A DNA stretch of 15,484 bases. Origin: Bacteriovoracaceae bacterium. Its GTDB lineage: Bacteria > Bdellovibrionota > Bacteriovoracia > Bacteriovoracales > Bacteriovoracaceae. The stretch covers positions 1 through 15,484 of the forward strand of contig JBFGZE010000079.1 of assembly GCA_041586955.1 (NCBI GenBank), given 5' to 3'. The notes beneath the pieces were generated by a model that saw only the letters and a list, made by a program, of their open reading frames with translations, was not told where the DNA came from and searched no databases. Made by a program: the position numbers and the translations under genes. This document shows, one piece after another, positions 1 to 8,643 of the stretch; the first letter of the stretch is position 1; each line of letters opens with the position of its first letter.

Positions 1-73
1 CTAAAATAAAGGAATTGGCAGAGAGAGGGGTAAAAGAGGCCAATACAATGAGGGTAACACCTTGTTTTAACAT
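1..73 (-). CDS. 5' end of a probable exported protein, running off the window edge
   Basis: Manual translation from ATG at 73 gives MLKQGVTLIVLASFTPLSANSFIL, open to the edge and signal-peptide-like. GGAG lies 5 nt upstream of the ATG. Confidence 0.6.
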   Translation of the reverse strand, partial: MLKQGVTLIVLASFTPLSANSFIL

Positions 74-101
74 AGAATCTCCGAGCTCAAACAAACGTTT
101 A

Positions 102-121
102 ATTAAAACACTTGTTTTAAT
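102..121. promoter_or_regulatory. Perfect inverted repeat, candidate operator between divergent genes
   Basis: ATTAAAACA-CT-TGTTTTAAT (9-bp arms). CTTGTTTTAA also occurs at 61-70. Confidence 0.35.
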
Positions 122-225
122 GTAGACCTATTTTCTAAATGGATCAACGAAAAACATGTCTTTTTTCCACCTAACCAATATCTCCATCATTTTCGCATTG
201 GGATAAGTGCACCTATAATATAAGT

Positions 226-1635
226 ATGGGAAATTTGAAGATTGTCTATATTGGGAATGAGGGTCGATTTTACGAAAAACTGCGACAAGAATTCGCCGAA
301 ATCACGAAATCCCAGCATGTTACTACCATTTGGGAAACGTTGAACTTCTTAGTCGATAGTAATCCACAAAAATTATTTTGGTCGCTAAGGGAAAGGTCTC
401 CCCATATCATTTATTTAGATATAAACCCCGATAACCCTGCCTGGTTCTATTTTTTAAAACTTCTTCACCGCAGTGAAGAGTTTAAAAAAATACCTAAAGT
501 TGGTCTTATTTCTAAGGGCCTTAAAAGAAATGTCACTAATTCTCTGCTCATGACCGGGCTACGCCTTCTCTACGTCAAAGATATTGGTCTTTTTGATGCC
601 GTCTATAACCCACTCAATCTTCTGGAAAAAATTATCGATATACGGCCGCGCTTTTTCAAAACGACAGCGGAACGCCCGACTAAAGCATATCAAGATTTGC
701 GTATTTCTTATCGAACAAAAAGGCGCCTTGGTGTAGAAAGTAATACTCCATTTAAAGATAATGACATTATCAAACTTTCTAACCCAGTTCTCTTTAATAA
801 ATTAATTCAGATTCCCTTTCAGGTCACCAAAGAGGAACGATCTCTAGGAAGTTATTATCATTACCGCTATTGTTATGAACTGAAAATGGATCCGGAGTTT
901 TCTCCGATGGAGTTTCAGGAGCAAGAAAGTCCCATTCAATTTATTAAGGTCTTATTTATTGATCTCGATGGTCGACTTCTTAATGAGTTTAATAAGGATG
1001 CTCACAAGGTCAATTTCGTTTATAATTTCCAAACCTCAATTAAGAAAGATAGTTTTATTTTTCAACGTTATAGGCCACAGATTATCATCATAAGTGGGCA
1101 GCAAGATGAAGTCCAAGACCTTATTCCCATAGTCCAACAACACCTCAACACAAACAAACTCATCAAAACGCCTATATTATTGTCATCTCCGGATGAGTTC
1201 GATGAACAAAAGCTTAAAGGTCATCATAATATTATTAATGCCGGCGCGAGCATTCCATTTAAAGTTCTCAACCAATTGGTTCAATTAAAAAAATCGCATT
1301 TTATGAAAGAAAATCCCGATTTCTTTAAAGGCAAGGAGTATATCAAACTTAAATCAATTGAAAAAAATCATGTTCAATTTGAGCGGGATATTACAATTCT
1401 ATCTATTAACGAGGTCGAGCTCACCTTTCGCAGTAAAGAAAAAATTCCCAATTGGACTAATCTACTCATAAAAGATCCATTTTATGCTCTACTCCTCACA
1501 GTTCCCAAGAGAGAGCTCGGATTCAATGATGAAAGTGTTCACCGGGCCGTTATTCATGGTGTAACAGAGGAACAAAAGGCAAAAATAAGGCTTTGTATTA
1601 ATAAAATGTTTATTGAGGTTAAAGAATCAAACTAA
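226..1635 (+). CDS. Hypothetical signalling protein with two degenerate receiver-like domains and possible PilZ-like barrels
   Basis: 469-aa ORF. REC-like strand pattern KIVYIG..PHIIYLD..IPKVGL..GLRLLYVK, and again IKVLFID..RPQIIII..TPILLS. C-terminus resembles a PilZ-type barrel plus helix. Confidence 0.6.
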   Translation: MGNLKIVYIGNEGRFYEKLRQEFAEITKSQHVTTIWETLNFLVDSNPQKLFWSLRERSPHIIYLDINPDNPAWFYFLKLLHRSEEFKKIPKVGLISKGLKRNVTNSLLMTGLRLLYVKDIGLFDAVYNPLNLLEKIIDIRPRFFKTTAERPTKAYQDLRISYRTKRRLGVESNTPFKDNDIIKLSNPVLFNKLIQIPFQVTKEERSLGSYYHYRYCYELKMDPEFSPMEFQEQESPIQFIKVLFIDLDGRLLNEFNKDAHKVNFVYNFQTSIKKDSFIFQRYRPQIIIISGQQDEVQDLIPIVQQHLNTNKLIKTPILLSSPDEFDEQKLKGHHNIINAGASIPFKVLNQLVQLKKSHFMKENPDFFKGKEYIKLKSIEKNHVQFERDITILSINEVELTFRSKEKIPNWTNLLIKDPFYALLLTVPKRELGFNDESVHRAVIHGVTEEQKAKIRLCINKMFIEVKESN

Positions 1636-1652
1636 AGAAGGACCTTGAAAGC

Positions 1653-1681
1653 AAAAAAAAGAGCTACTAGGTAGCTCTTTT
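1653..1681. terminator. Bidirectional rho-independent terminator
   Basis: AAAAGAGCTAC-TAG-GTAGCTCTTTT with A and T tracts, between convergent genes. Confidence 0.85.
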
Positions 1682-1693
1682 GATTGATTATCT

Positions 1694-4600
1694 TTAATAG
1701 GCCTTATAGGCCGGCATAATCTCAAGACTATCAAGTCCAACTTGAAGTCGTGCCTTCATTTGACCGCTATCAAAATCGATCAGGGTCTCCAGAGCAAAAT
1801 CTTTATAAAGAATATTCTCAGCGGCGCTGGCACCTGCAGGAGGGATCTTATCGACATTTTTCTTTGCGTCAAGGATCGTTACGATATAGGCTTCACCTTT
1901 TGTGTATACCGCCATAGTAAGATCCGCTAATTCTTGATTGCCACCAACAATACTTAAAATACGAGTGGGATCTAACGGTATCTTCGATCGTACCGCATAC
2001 AAAATCGCATCTAAAAGGTCTTTTTTCATTAGCTTAAAGGCGCTTTTTTGTAACTTATCAAAGCTTGAGGGAGCAATTGGATTTTTCCTTAAGTTTTGAC
2101 GACGATTAATAACTCTTTTAATAAGATCCTTTTTAAAGGTAGAGAGCTTGGTAACCTTCTCTTGAACATTAACTAAGGAGAATGCCATTGGTGTCAATTT
2201 CCGATGCGCATAATATGAAACACCATCATCACCTGTTTTAAGAAGAGTAAACTTCTCACTATCTAAAGCGATTGAATGAGCATCATTTTTAAAGATTGAA
2301 TATTTATTACTTAGCGCCATCGCCGATTTACGAAACTCGTTATTCGCTGTGTATGAATATTTTTTCGCTATTTTAAGGAATGGTTTTCCAAGTTTAGTTA
2401 AACCCTCACTATTAAGGCCTAAAAAGCTTCTGGCCCATGAGAATACCTCATCAACACCGTTGACTTCTTCATTACGGATCTCATAGGGGTAAGGAACCTC
2501 TTCATTGGTCACGGTCTTAAAAGGTACCGCTTTTTTTAAGGGAGTACCTAAAGTCATATGGGCCAAGATATTATCAATTTCATCAGAAAATTTTGGATGG
2601 TTAGCAAAGCCACGATAATAATTCTCGCGTTGGCCATAACGTTGGGTTAAGGCGAGGATCGCCATAATTCTATCAACACCAACTCCACGTATTGAAATAT
2701 CTGAGCTATATTGAATAAGAGAGTCACTATTATCTTTAATATTATTTAGAAATTTACCGACTTCAGCAATAGGTAAATCGCCAGTGTTTTTATCACCTAA
2801 ATACTCTATGATATTATTGTCAAAACAAGTCTGTGGGTAATATCCAACTCTATTATTAATAGTTTCAGACATTGGAGCGAGAGGAAAAACGCCGACAATA
2901 CTTAAAGGTGTATCTGGCGTTTTATTAATCACTAGACAAGATTTTTCAGGAGTTTTAGCGACATTGAGGAAAAACCTCCCCGCAATATCTGTGGCGCCAA
3001 TGATATCATTAATGCGTTCGCATATTGGATAAAGGAAAGCGGCTAAATCTGAACAACCCGTCACCATTTGCTTACTGGAAAAGATATCTTCAAAGAAAGT
3101 ATACTGTTCCATAACGGAGCGGATATTTTGAAATTCGCGGTAACGAGCAATTAAATAGGTCTCATCATCATATTGTGAGAATCTCTTTTTCCCACGTCTA
3201 AAGTTCCTATAATGATAGTATCTATTGTAGCGGTCAATCTTATGTTGAACCACCTCTTTCAAAGATGAACCCTCATCTCCTGCTTGACAGGATAAGGATA
3301 ACCCTTCATTTTCATCTGTACAAAAATCGAATTCGCGAAGTGAGTTCGCATCTGCTTCAGCTTGTGCCAACTGATATTCCTGGTTACTTGCGAGCATCTC
3401 TTTAATTTCATCAACAGTAACGTTTCTTTGTTCTTCCGCAATTATTTTTTTAGAGAAATCGGTTACCAATTGCATTCGCAAAGAATTAGCAGCTTCAACA
3501 AATCGTTTTCCTTTTTGCGCAATCGAGTCAATCGCTTTTTCTCCGACCTTCACAATTTCACCATTTTTCATCTCAACTTCTTGAGCATAACCATATCGTA
3601 AGGCGGCGATGTCATATTTACCAAAACTTAAAAGATCATTCAGCGATGTAAAACCATAATCCATTATAGAGCTATAAGGAGCATGAACTTCTAGGCCAAG
3701 TTCATCCGCCTCTTCTTTTGAATAATAATTATCCTTATCAAATGAGCCCGCAAAATTATGACGAAGGCCCAAGGCATGACCAAATTCATGAATCAACGTG
3801 GAGGTATAAAAAAGAGGAACTATAATTTTCTCGGCAGCTCTTTTTTGCTTAATCGTTAAAGTATCCCATTCTTTAAGAACTCCATCTCTAGTCATAACAC
3901 CTTTAATTTTATCAATCCCAGGATAAATATTCTTCGCGATACCGGCGATATTCACTAAGTCTTTATGGTAAGCATTATTTTTGGCCAAATCCTTTAAAAA
4001 ATCATTATGCTCTTTAAGCTTTTTTTGAAGTCTCGCATTTTCTTTACCTAATTTTTTTAAGTAAAGAGGTGTTTCCTTTGGATCACGTTTCATATTCCTT
4101 TCAGCAAGACGCTTAAGAACTTCTTCTTTCCCATCAAAATTATGGTCATGCGATTGGGCCGTGACCTTAAAAGAAAAATCTTTATTTGAAGTGGACAACG
4201 AATGATTGCCTGAGGCAATAATGCTCTTAACATGAGAATGTTCAGAGGCATCGGACGCCATTCCTTCATGGCCAACTTTTGCCAATTTTTTATTTTTAAG
4301 TTCACGAGAAAGATCGACCATCTCACTCCATACCCAAGAAGAGAATGACTTTAAAACCCCACCATACATATTAATATGAGATTTAACGATTTCGCCCGTT
4401 CGAGGGTTGGTGACAGAGGGAGCATATCCCAATAATCCTGTTTGAATTGGATCTTCAATCAAAACGACCATATTATTGCGAATATCGCCAGGCCTTTTTC
4501 CAGAAGGCTCGACAATTTCCAAACGAAGATTTGAATTTGATTTAATCAGGGCATCATTAATTCGTTCCGCCACTTGAAAAGTTCTTTCCTTAAGAACCTT

Positions 4601-5545
4601 ATTTATACTCATCTTAGTATTATTAAAACTATCACTAAGGTGAAAACGAAGAACACGTGGTCCTCCATCGGCCGTTTTATTATTCCAACGATTCATATAA
4701 TATTTTTCTACGGGGCGCCCAAAATCGTGAAACTCTCCAATCTTGCTTTCGTATCCCTTAAAGAAACCAAATTTTGAATGATTGTCTTTAATATAATTAA
4801 ATTTTTCGTAATTTTTGCTGACAACATTCGACAAACGAATGAAGGAATAGAACTCTCTCGCTTTAAAAGAAAGCTCGCTAAATTGCTCAACTCTCTCTAT
4901 TCCCATTCGCTCAAAGCAATCACCAGTCTGTGCGACTGTGTAAGCATTTTCAATTTCAAAATTAAGAACACCTTTGGAAATTTCTGAAAAGGTTAAACCG
5001 GCTTCGCCTTTTGAAACACAGGAATCAGAAGCGACTGATCCCCAAAGTGAAATCGTATTAACTTCTTTTATTCTAACGCCAGAAAAATCAGGTTTAAAAA
5101 ACTTTTTCTGATGCCATTCGACATCTGACACTGTCTCTTCAGTATTGGTACATTCACCATACTTATCTTCTCGACAACGATAATCAATATAGGTACCCGG
5201 AATAGTCATAACCAATGAATCATTCATATCGTTACTAGAACCAGAATTTTCTTTTTCTTTTTCCCAAACCTCTAGGCCATCTTCTGCAAATTTAAAGAAA
5301 ACAATCTTATGATTGCCATCATAGAAGGCCCGTCCAGAGGCAAACTTAGGAATTTTTGATGTGGTTGGAATATAAAGATACTCGACCTTTTTCCCATTTT
5401 CTTCAACAAGAAATGAGTCCTTAATACTAAGAACCTCTGGCTCCTTATAAAGACTTTCATAGGGAACTTCCTTGGCACAGCCGACAATAACCGTTCCAAT
5501 CGCCAAGAGATTAAGTACGCTTGTCATTTTTTTCTTGATCAACAT
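1694..5545 (-). CDS. Large zinc-dependent metalloprotease lipoprotein (Met-zincin, DUF4953/EcxA-like)
   Basis: Lipobox IVG-C23, zinc motif HEFGHALGLRH (3758-3790), Met-turn SSIMDY, family-typical PGDIRNN and NPRTGEI motifs, RBS AAGGAAGG. Confidence 0.9.
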   Translation of the reverse strand: MLIKKKMTSVLNLLAIGTVIVGCAKEVPYESLYKEPEVLSIKDSFLVEENGKKVEYLYIPTTSKIPKFASGRAFYDGNHKIVFFKFAEDGLEVWEKEKENSGSSNDMNDSLVMTIPGTYIDYRCREDKYGECTNTEETVSDVEWHQKKFFKPDFSGVRIKEVNTISLWGSVASDSCVSKGEAGLTFSEISKGVLNFEIENAYTVAQTGDCFERMGIERVEQFSELSFKAREFYSFIRLSNVVSKNYEKFNYIKDNHSKFGFFKGYESKIGEFHDFGRPVEKYYMNRWNNKTADGGPRVLRFHLSDSFNNTKMSINKVLKERTFQVAERINDALIKSNSNLRLEIVEPSGKRPGDIRNNMVVLIEDPIQTGLLGYAPSVTNPRTGEIVKSHINMYGGVLKSFSSWVWSEMVDLSRELKNKKLAKVGHEGMASDASEHSHVKSIIASGNHSLSTSNKDFSFKVTAQSHDHNFDGKEEVLKRLAERNMKRDPKETPLYLKKLGKENARLQKKLKEHNDFLKDLAKNNAYHKDLVNIAGIAKNIYPGIDKIKGVMTRDGVLKEWDTLTIKQKRAAEKIIVPLFYTSTLIHEFGHALGLRHNFAGSFDKDNYYSKEEADELGLEVHAPYSSIMDYGFTSLNDLLSFGKYDIAALRYGYAQEVEMKNGEIVKVGEKAIDSIAQKGKRFVEAANSLRMQLVTDFSKKIIAEEQRNVTVDEIKEMLASNQEYQLAQAEADANSLREFDFCTDENEGLSLSCQAGDEGSSLKEVVQHKIDRYNRYYHYRNFRRGKKRFSQYDDETYLIARYREFQNIRSVMEQYTFFEDIFSSKQMVTGCSDLAAFLYPICERINDIIGATDIAGRFFLNVAKTPEKSCLVINKTPDTPLSIVGVFPLAPMSETINNRVGYYPQTCFDNNIIEYLGDKNTGDLPIAEVGKFLNNIKDNSDSLIQYSSDISIRGVGVDRIMAILALTQRYGQRENYYRGFANHPKFSDEIDNILAHMTLGTPLKKAVPFKTVTNEEVPYPYEIRNEEVNGVDEVFSWARSFLGLNSEGLTKLGKPFLKIAKKYSYTANNEFRKSAMALSNKYSIFKNDAHSIALDSEKFTLLKTGDDGVSYYAHRKLTPMAFSLVNVQEKVTKLSTFKKDLIKRVINRRQNLRKNPIAPSSFDKLQKSAFKLMKKDLLDAILYAVRSKIPLDPTRILSIVGGNQELADLTMAVYTKGEAYIVTILDAKKNVDKIPPAGASAAENILYKDFALETLIDFDSGQMKARLQVGLDSLEIMPAYKAY

Positions 5546-5562
5546 ATTCCTTCCTTATGTAA

Positions 5563-6519
5563 TTAAATTCCAAATGTCACTGACAACGAAATGGTTGAGG
5601 CATCTGGGTCAAAAGCTTTAATTTTTAAATCGCGTCCATTGTAATCGTAGACTCCTCCTCCAACATTATGAGCAAGAGAAGCGGACCAGCCCTTGCCAAA
5701 AGAAGTCGATAAGGACTGGCCAAAAGCGTAGGTACTTGGTTTTCTAAAACCAGAATAGGTCCAACCATTATTATTGCTAAAATAAATCGCGAAATTATAT
5801 TTCTCTTTAAAGTCCTGAGAGATTGTTACAGCATTACTGACTGAAAATTGAGTGTTCTCAGTGTTATAGGCCGTTCTTTTATACTCATGAAAATATTCAT
5901 TAAGAGAGGTCGAAAAAATAATATTCGTCTCTTTAAGACCTATAGGCCTTAGCCCAATGACAAGGTTAGGTGCAAGGCCTAATCTTGTGCGAAAGCTTGT
6001 CTGCTCCCTATTATCTTTATTAATGGGTAAAATAACCTTTAAAGAGGCACCCGAGGATAAGTTTTTATAAGAAAATAAAGCACGTTTAATGCCAACCGCC
6101 CCATCATTGAAACTCTGCTGTCTGCCGTTGGTCATATTTTTACTACCGGAAAACGACATAAACGAACTCAACCCATAGGGAAGCTTAAAAGAGGCCGATA
6201 GGCCTAACGTAGAAATCAGAATTTTTTGCTCAGCAGATGCCTTTTGTAAATCTGTAGTATTGTCTACCGTTATCGCCAGGCCCCATTTTTTTTGAGCAGC
6301 GCTCGGATCTTCAATAAGGTTTGTCGATTTAACACCTGCCTGTTTTTTTTGCACCTTGTCTTCAATGATGTTATTTTTTTGGACAGTTTTGCCCTGGTTC
6401 TTGGTTTCTTCTACAGACTTAGATACTAGAGGACCCGTCCCTTTAATCGCCGCATGTGCCCCCACCATATGGTAACTAGCTAAAATAACAATAAAAAACT
6501 CATTAAGATTAAATCTCAT
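5563..6519 (-). CDS. Putative outer-membrane beta-barrel protein
   Basis: Signal peptide ending AHA, a polar N-terminal linker, many amphipathic alternating strands, and a C-terminal strand ISLSVTFGI. Lies 17 nt upstream of the protease gene. Confidence 0.7.
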   Translation of the reverse strand: MRFNLNEFFIVILASYHMVGAHAAIKGTGPLVSKSVEETKNQGKTVQKNNIIEDKVQKKQAGVKSTNLIEDPSAAQKKWGLAITVDNTTDLQKASAEQKILISTLGLSASFKLPYGLSSFMSFSGSKNMTNGRQQSFNDGAVGIKRALFSYKNLSSGASLKVILPINKDNREQTSFRTRLGLAPNLVIGLRPIGLKETNIIFSTSLNEYFHEYKRTAYNTENTQFSVSNAVTISQDFKEKYNFAIYFSNNNGWTYSGFRKPSTYAFGQSLSTSFGKGWSASLAHNVGGGVYDYNGRDLKIKAFDPDASTISLSVTFGI

Positions 6520-6563
6520 TCATTAAACCCATATCCTTGAGGCCATTTTTTACCCATTACTTA

Positions 6564-6579
6564 TGCAGGCCATGTGCCT
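6564..6579 (-). promoter_or_regulatory. Sigma-54 (-24/-12) promoter candidate
   Basis: Minus strand AGGCACATGGCCTGCA = GG-N10-GC, about 45 nt before the ATG at 6519. Confidence 0.6.
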
Positions 6580-6649
6580 ACAAAATGGGGCCAAAACAGA
6601 CCTAGCTGGTCAATTTTTCTACATTCTACCTGGCCAGCGGTGCCGCAGA

Positions 6650-6692
6650 CAGTCATTTCTTATTATCAAGTAATAGTTACTAGAAATGACTG
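6650..6692. repeat. 11-bp perfect inverted repeat
   Basis: CAGTCATTTCT (6650-6660) and AGAAATGACTG (6682-6692), with nested TATTA/TAATA. Confidence 0.6.
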
Positions 6693-6754
6693 AATTCTGC
6701 ACATCAAAATGGCCTCTTCAGAGGTCTCAACCCCTGGATATCGCTAACTAAATT

Positions 6755-7621
6755 TCATTTAGACCGATCGGCACCATAGAGAAAAAAGTCATCTGGAGTA
6801 GCTTCACTGGAGTTGGGATTATCAACTCCCTGGGAACCGTAAGATGCTCTGGAGTAGCGAGGTGCTTGATCAATATCAACTCTTTGAAGCTCGACTTCAA
6901 CCTTACCGACCTTCTGACTTACCTCTCGCTCAATATCCTCCATTCTAATTTTTGATTTCTGAATAGGCTCGCCACTTTGGCGTTTTCTTTCGCATTGAAG
7001 GTATTCAAAAATACGTATCGCTTCCCCGTCCATGCCATTTTTAAATTTGAAAGTATCGGGTTCTGAAGTTTTATTACGAGAAAAGAACCAAGCTGAATCT
7101 ATGGCGAGACCATTATATTTAAAGTCCACTTTATAATCGTCAATTAGAGCTCCTAAGCGATGACGAATGGCCTTATCAAAGCCTAAGTATTGACAGGCAA
7201 CATCAGGTTTCGTCACCCACATATCTTGAGAATCTCCATATTGGTTATATGTTGTTTTCAACCCGACGATAGGTAGTTCTGAAAAGTTATGCTCATGATA
7301 CACAATATCATCCAAGGTAAACTCTTTAATGACTTTCGCCTCACGGGCCTTTTGCCGTTCTTTATAAAGTTTTTTGGCATCACGATCGATGGTATCTGCC
7401 TTTTCTTTCTGGTCATCGATCATTTTTTCCAAATACAGACGATAATCGGACTTACCAAACTCTTTCCAACAAACTCTAAGATTTTCAACCGTCTTTTTCG
7501 TTGTTCCCGTTCGAATTTTTTCTTCCAAAATATCGCAAATATTTGTTTCTCGCTCTCTTGCCAATAAACTTGGACTTATTCCCATTAAAACAATTAAAGA
7601 AGGCCATAATATTGCTTTCAT
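6755..7621 (-). CDS. Secreted hypothetical protein
   Basis: 288 aa, signal peptide ending SLLA, four Cys, coiled-coil-like segment, and a VACQYLGF motif. Confidence 0.8.
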   Translation of the reverse strand: MKAILWPSLIVLMGISPSLLARERETNICDILEEKIRTGTTKKTVENLRVCWKEFGKSDYRLYLEKMIDDQKEKADTIDRDAKKLYKERQKAREAKVIKEFTLDDIVYHEHNFSELPIVGLKTTYNQYGDSQDMWVTKPDVACQYLGFDKAIRHRLGALIDDYKVDFKYNGLAIDSAWFFSRNKTSEPDTFKFKNGMDGEAIRIFEYLQCERKRQSGEPIQKSKIRMEDIEREVSQKVGKVEVELQRVDIDQAPRYSRASYGSQGVDNPNSSEATPDDFFLYGADRSK

Positions 7622-7656
7622 ACACTCACCCCATTTATTAAACTTTCTTTTATAGA

Positions 7657-7672
7657 AGCAATTACTGGGCCA
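7657..7672 (-). promoter_or_regulatory. Sigma-54 (-24/-12) promoter candidate
   Basis: Minus strand TGGCCCAGTAATTGCT, close to the TGGCAC-N5-TTGCW consensus, about 35 nt before the ATG at 7621. Confidence 0.7.
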
Positions 7673-7797
7673 AAGTCCTGATGGTTTTTTAGCTATTTAG
7701 CTCGTAGACTAAGGGCGCATAAATACCCTCTTGTCTAAAAACTAGGCAATGAGTGACCTTTTGGTCGAATAAAATTTAAACACACAACGAGGATTTA

Positions 7798-8319
7798 ATG
7801 AGAAGGGATATCTATAAAGGCAATTACATTCATGTTTTTGAGGAAGAAATCAATTCCCAAACCTTTGAAAAAGTATTGCTCCGTGATGCCGTCATTATTT
7901 TTCCCATAGCAGATGATGGAAAAATCCTTCTTATTAAAGAAAAAAGGATTCATGAAATTCCCAATACAAGACTTAAAGCAGTGACAGGTTTTATCGACGA
8001 TGGAATGGGTTGGCGAGAAACCTGTCAACAAGAGCTGCAGGAGGAGATCGGTCAAAAGGCCGAAGAATTACACCTCTTAAAAGTTATTCAACAACAAGGT
8101 AATATTAACGTAAATAAATACTTTGTAGTGGCCCAAGGCCTTCATCCCTCTAAAATTGATAATCCCGATGGTGATGACGTTATTGAAGAAATTATTCCCT
8201 ACTCCATTGATGAGATCATTTGCGGATGCCTCGATGAATCCATCCCACTCAATTTTGACACGATAGGCTTTTTCTTGATGCGGGAATATTTGAATAACAA
8301 CTTGAAATCACAAAGCTAA
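7798..8319 (+). CDS. Nudix hydrolase (ADP-ribose pyrophosphatase-like)
   Basis: Nudix-box-like GFIDDGMGWRETCQQELQEEIG, N-terminal IYKG, AVIIFP..DGKILLIKE, RBS GAGGA. Confidence 0.85.
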   Translation: MRRDIYKGNYIHVFEEEINSQTFEKVLLRDAVIIFPIADDGKILLIKEKRIHEIPNTRLKAVTGFIDDGMGWRETCQQELQEEIGQKAEELHLLKVIQQQGNINVNKYFVVAQGLHPSKIDNPDGDDVIEEIIPYSIDEIICGCLDESIPLNFDTIGFFLMREYLNNNLKSQS

Positions 8320-8361
8320 CTCTCCATGGACATTTAGGGCCAGAAACGCTAAATTCACGCC

Positions 8362-8610
8362 ATGAAAATAAGTACTATCTTTCTCCTTATGCTCGCTATC
8401 CTTGCTCTCCTTTTTATTTGGAGCTATTTTCGTACGGAAAAAGGTGAAAAAATTAAGGAAAAAGAGAGACTCTTTTTTGATGCCCGCCAATTATATCAAG
8501 ACCATCAAATTGACCTTGATGAATTTAAAAAAATTGCTTTTGATTATTATAGAGCAATGGGTATTAAAGAATCATTTCTTGAAAAACAATTTAAATCCGA
8601 TTTGGAATAA
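8362..8610 (+). CDS. Small single-pass membrane hypothetical protein
   Basis: 82 aa with an N-terminal hydrophobic helix and charged tail. Fills the gap up to the terminator. No clear RBS. Confidence 0.6.
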   Translation: MKISTIFLLMLAILALLFIWSYFRTEKGEKIKEKERLFFDARQLYQDHQIDLDEFKKIAFDYYRAMGIKESFLEKQFKSDLE

Positions 8611-8637
8611 AAAAAGGCCCCTTTTCTAAGAGGCCTT
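8609..8637 (-). terminator. Rho-independent terminator of the YceI-family gene, possibly bidirectional
   Basis: Minus strand AAGGCCTCTT-AGAA-AAGGGGCCTT with one G-U pair, ending in a T7 run. Confidence 0.75.
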
Positions 8638-8643
8638 AATTTT

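Noticed and set aside
1742..5499. Short ORFs nested in or antisense to the metalloprotease gene
   Set aside because: They are shadow ORFs of a long, well-supported CDS and show no motifs.
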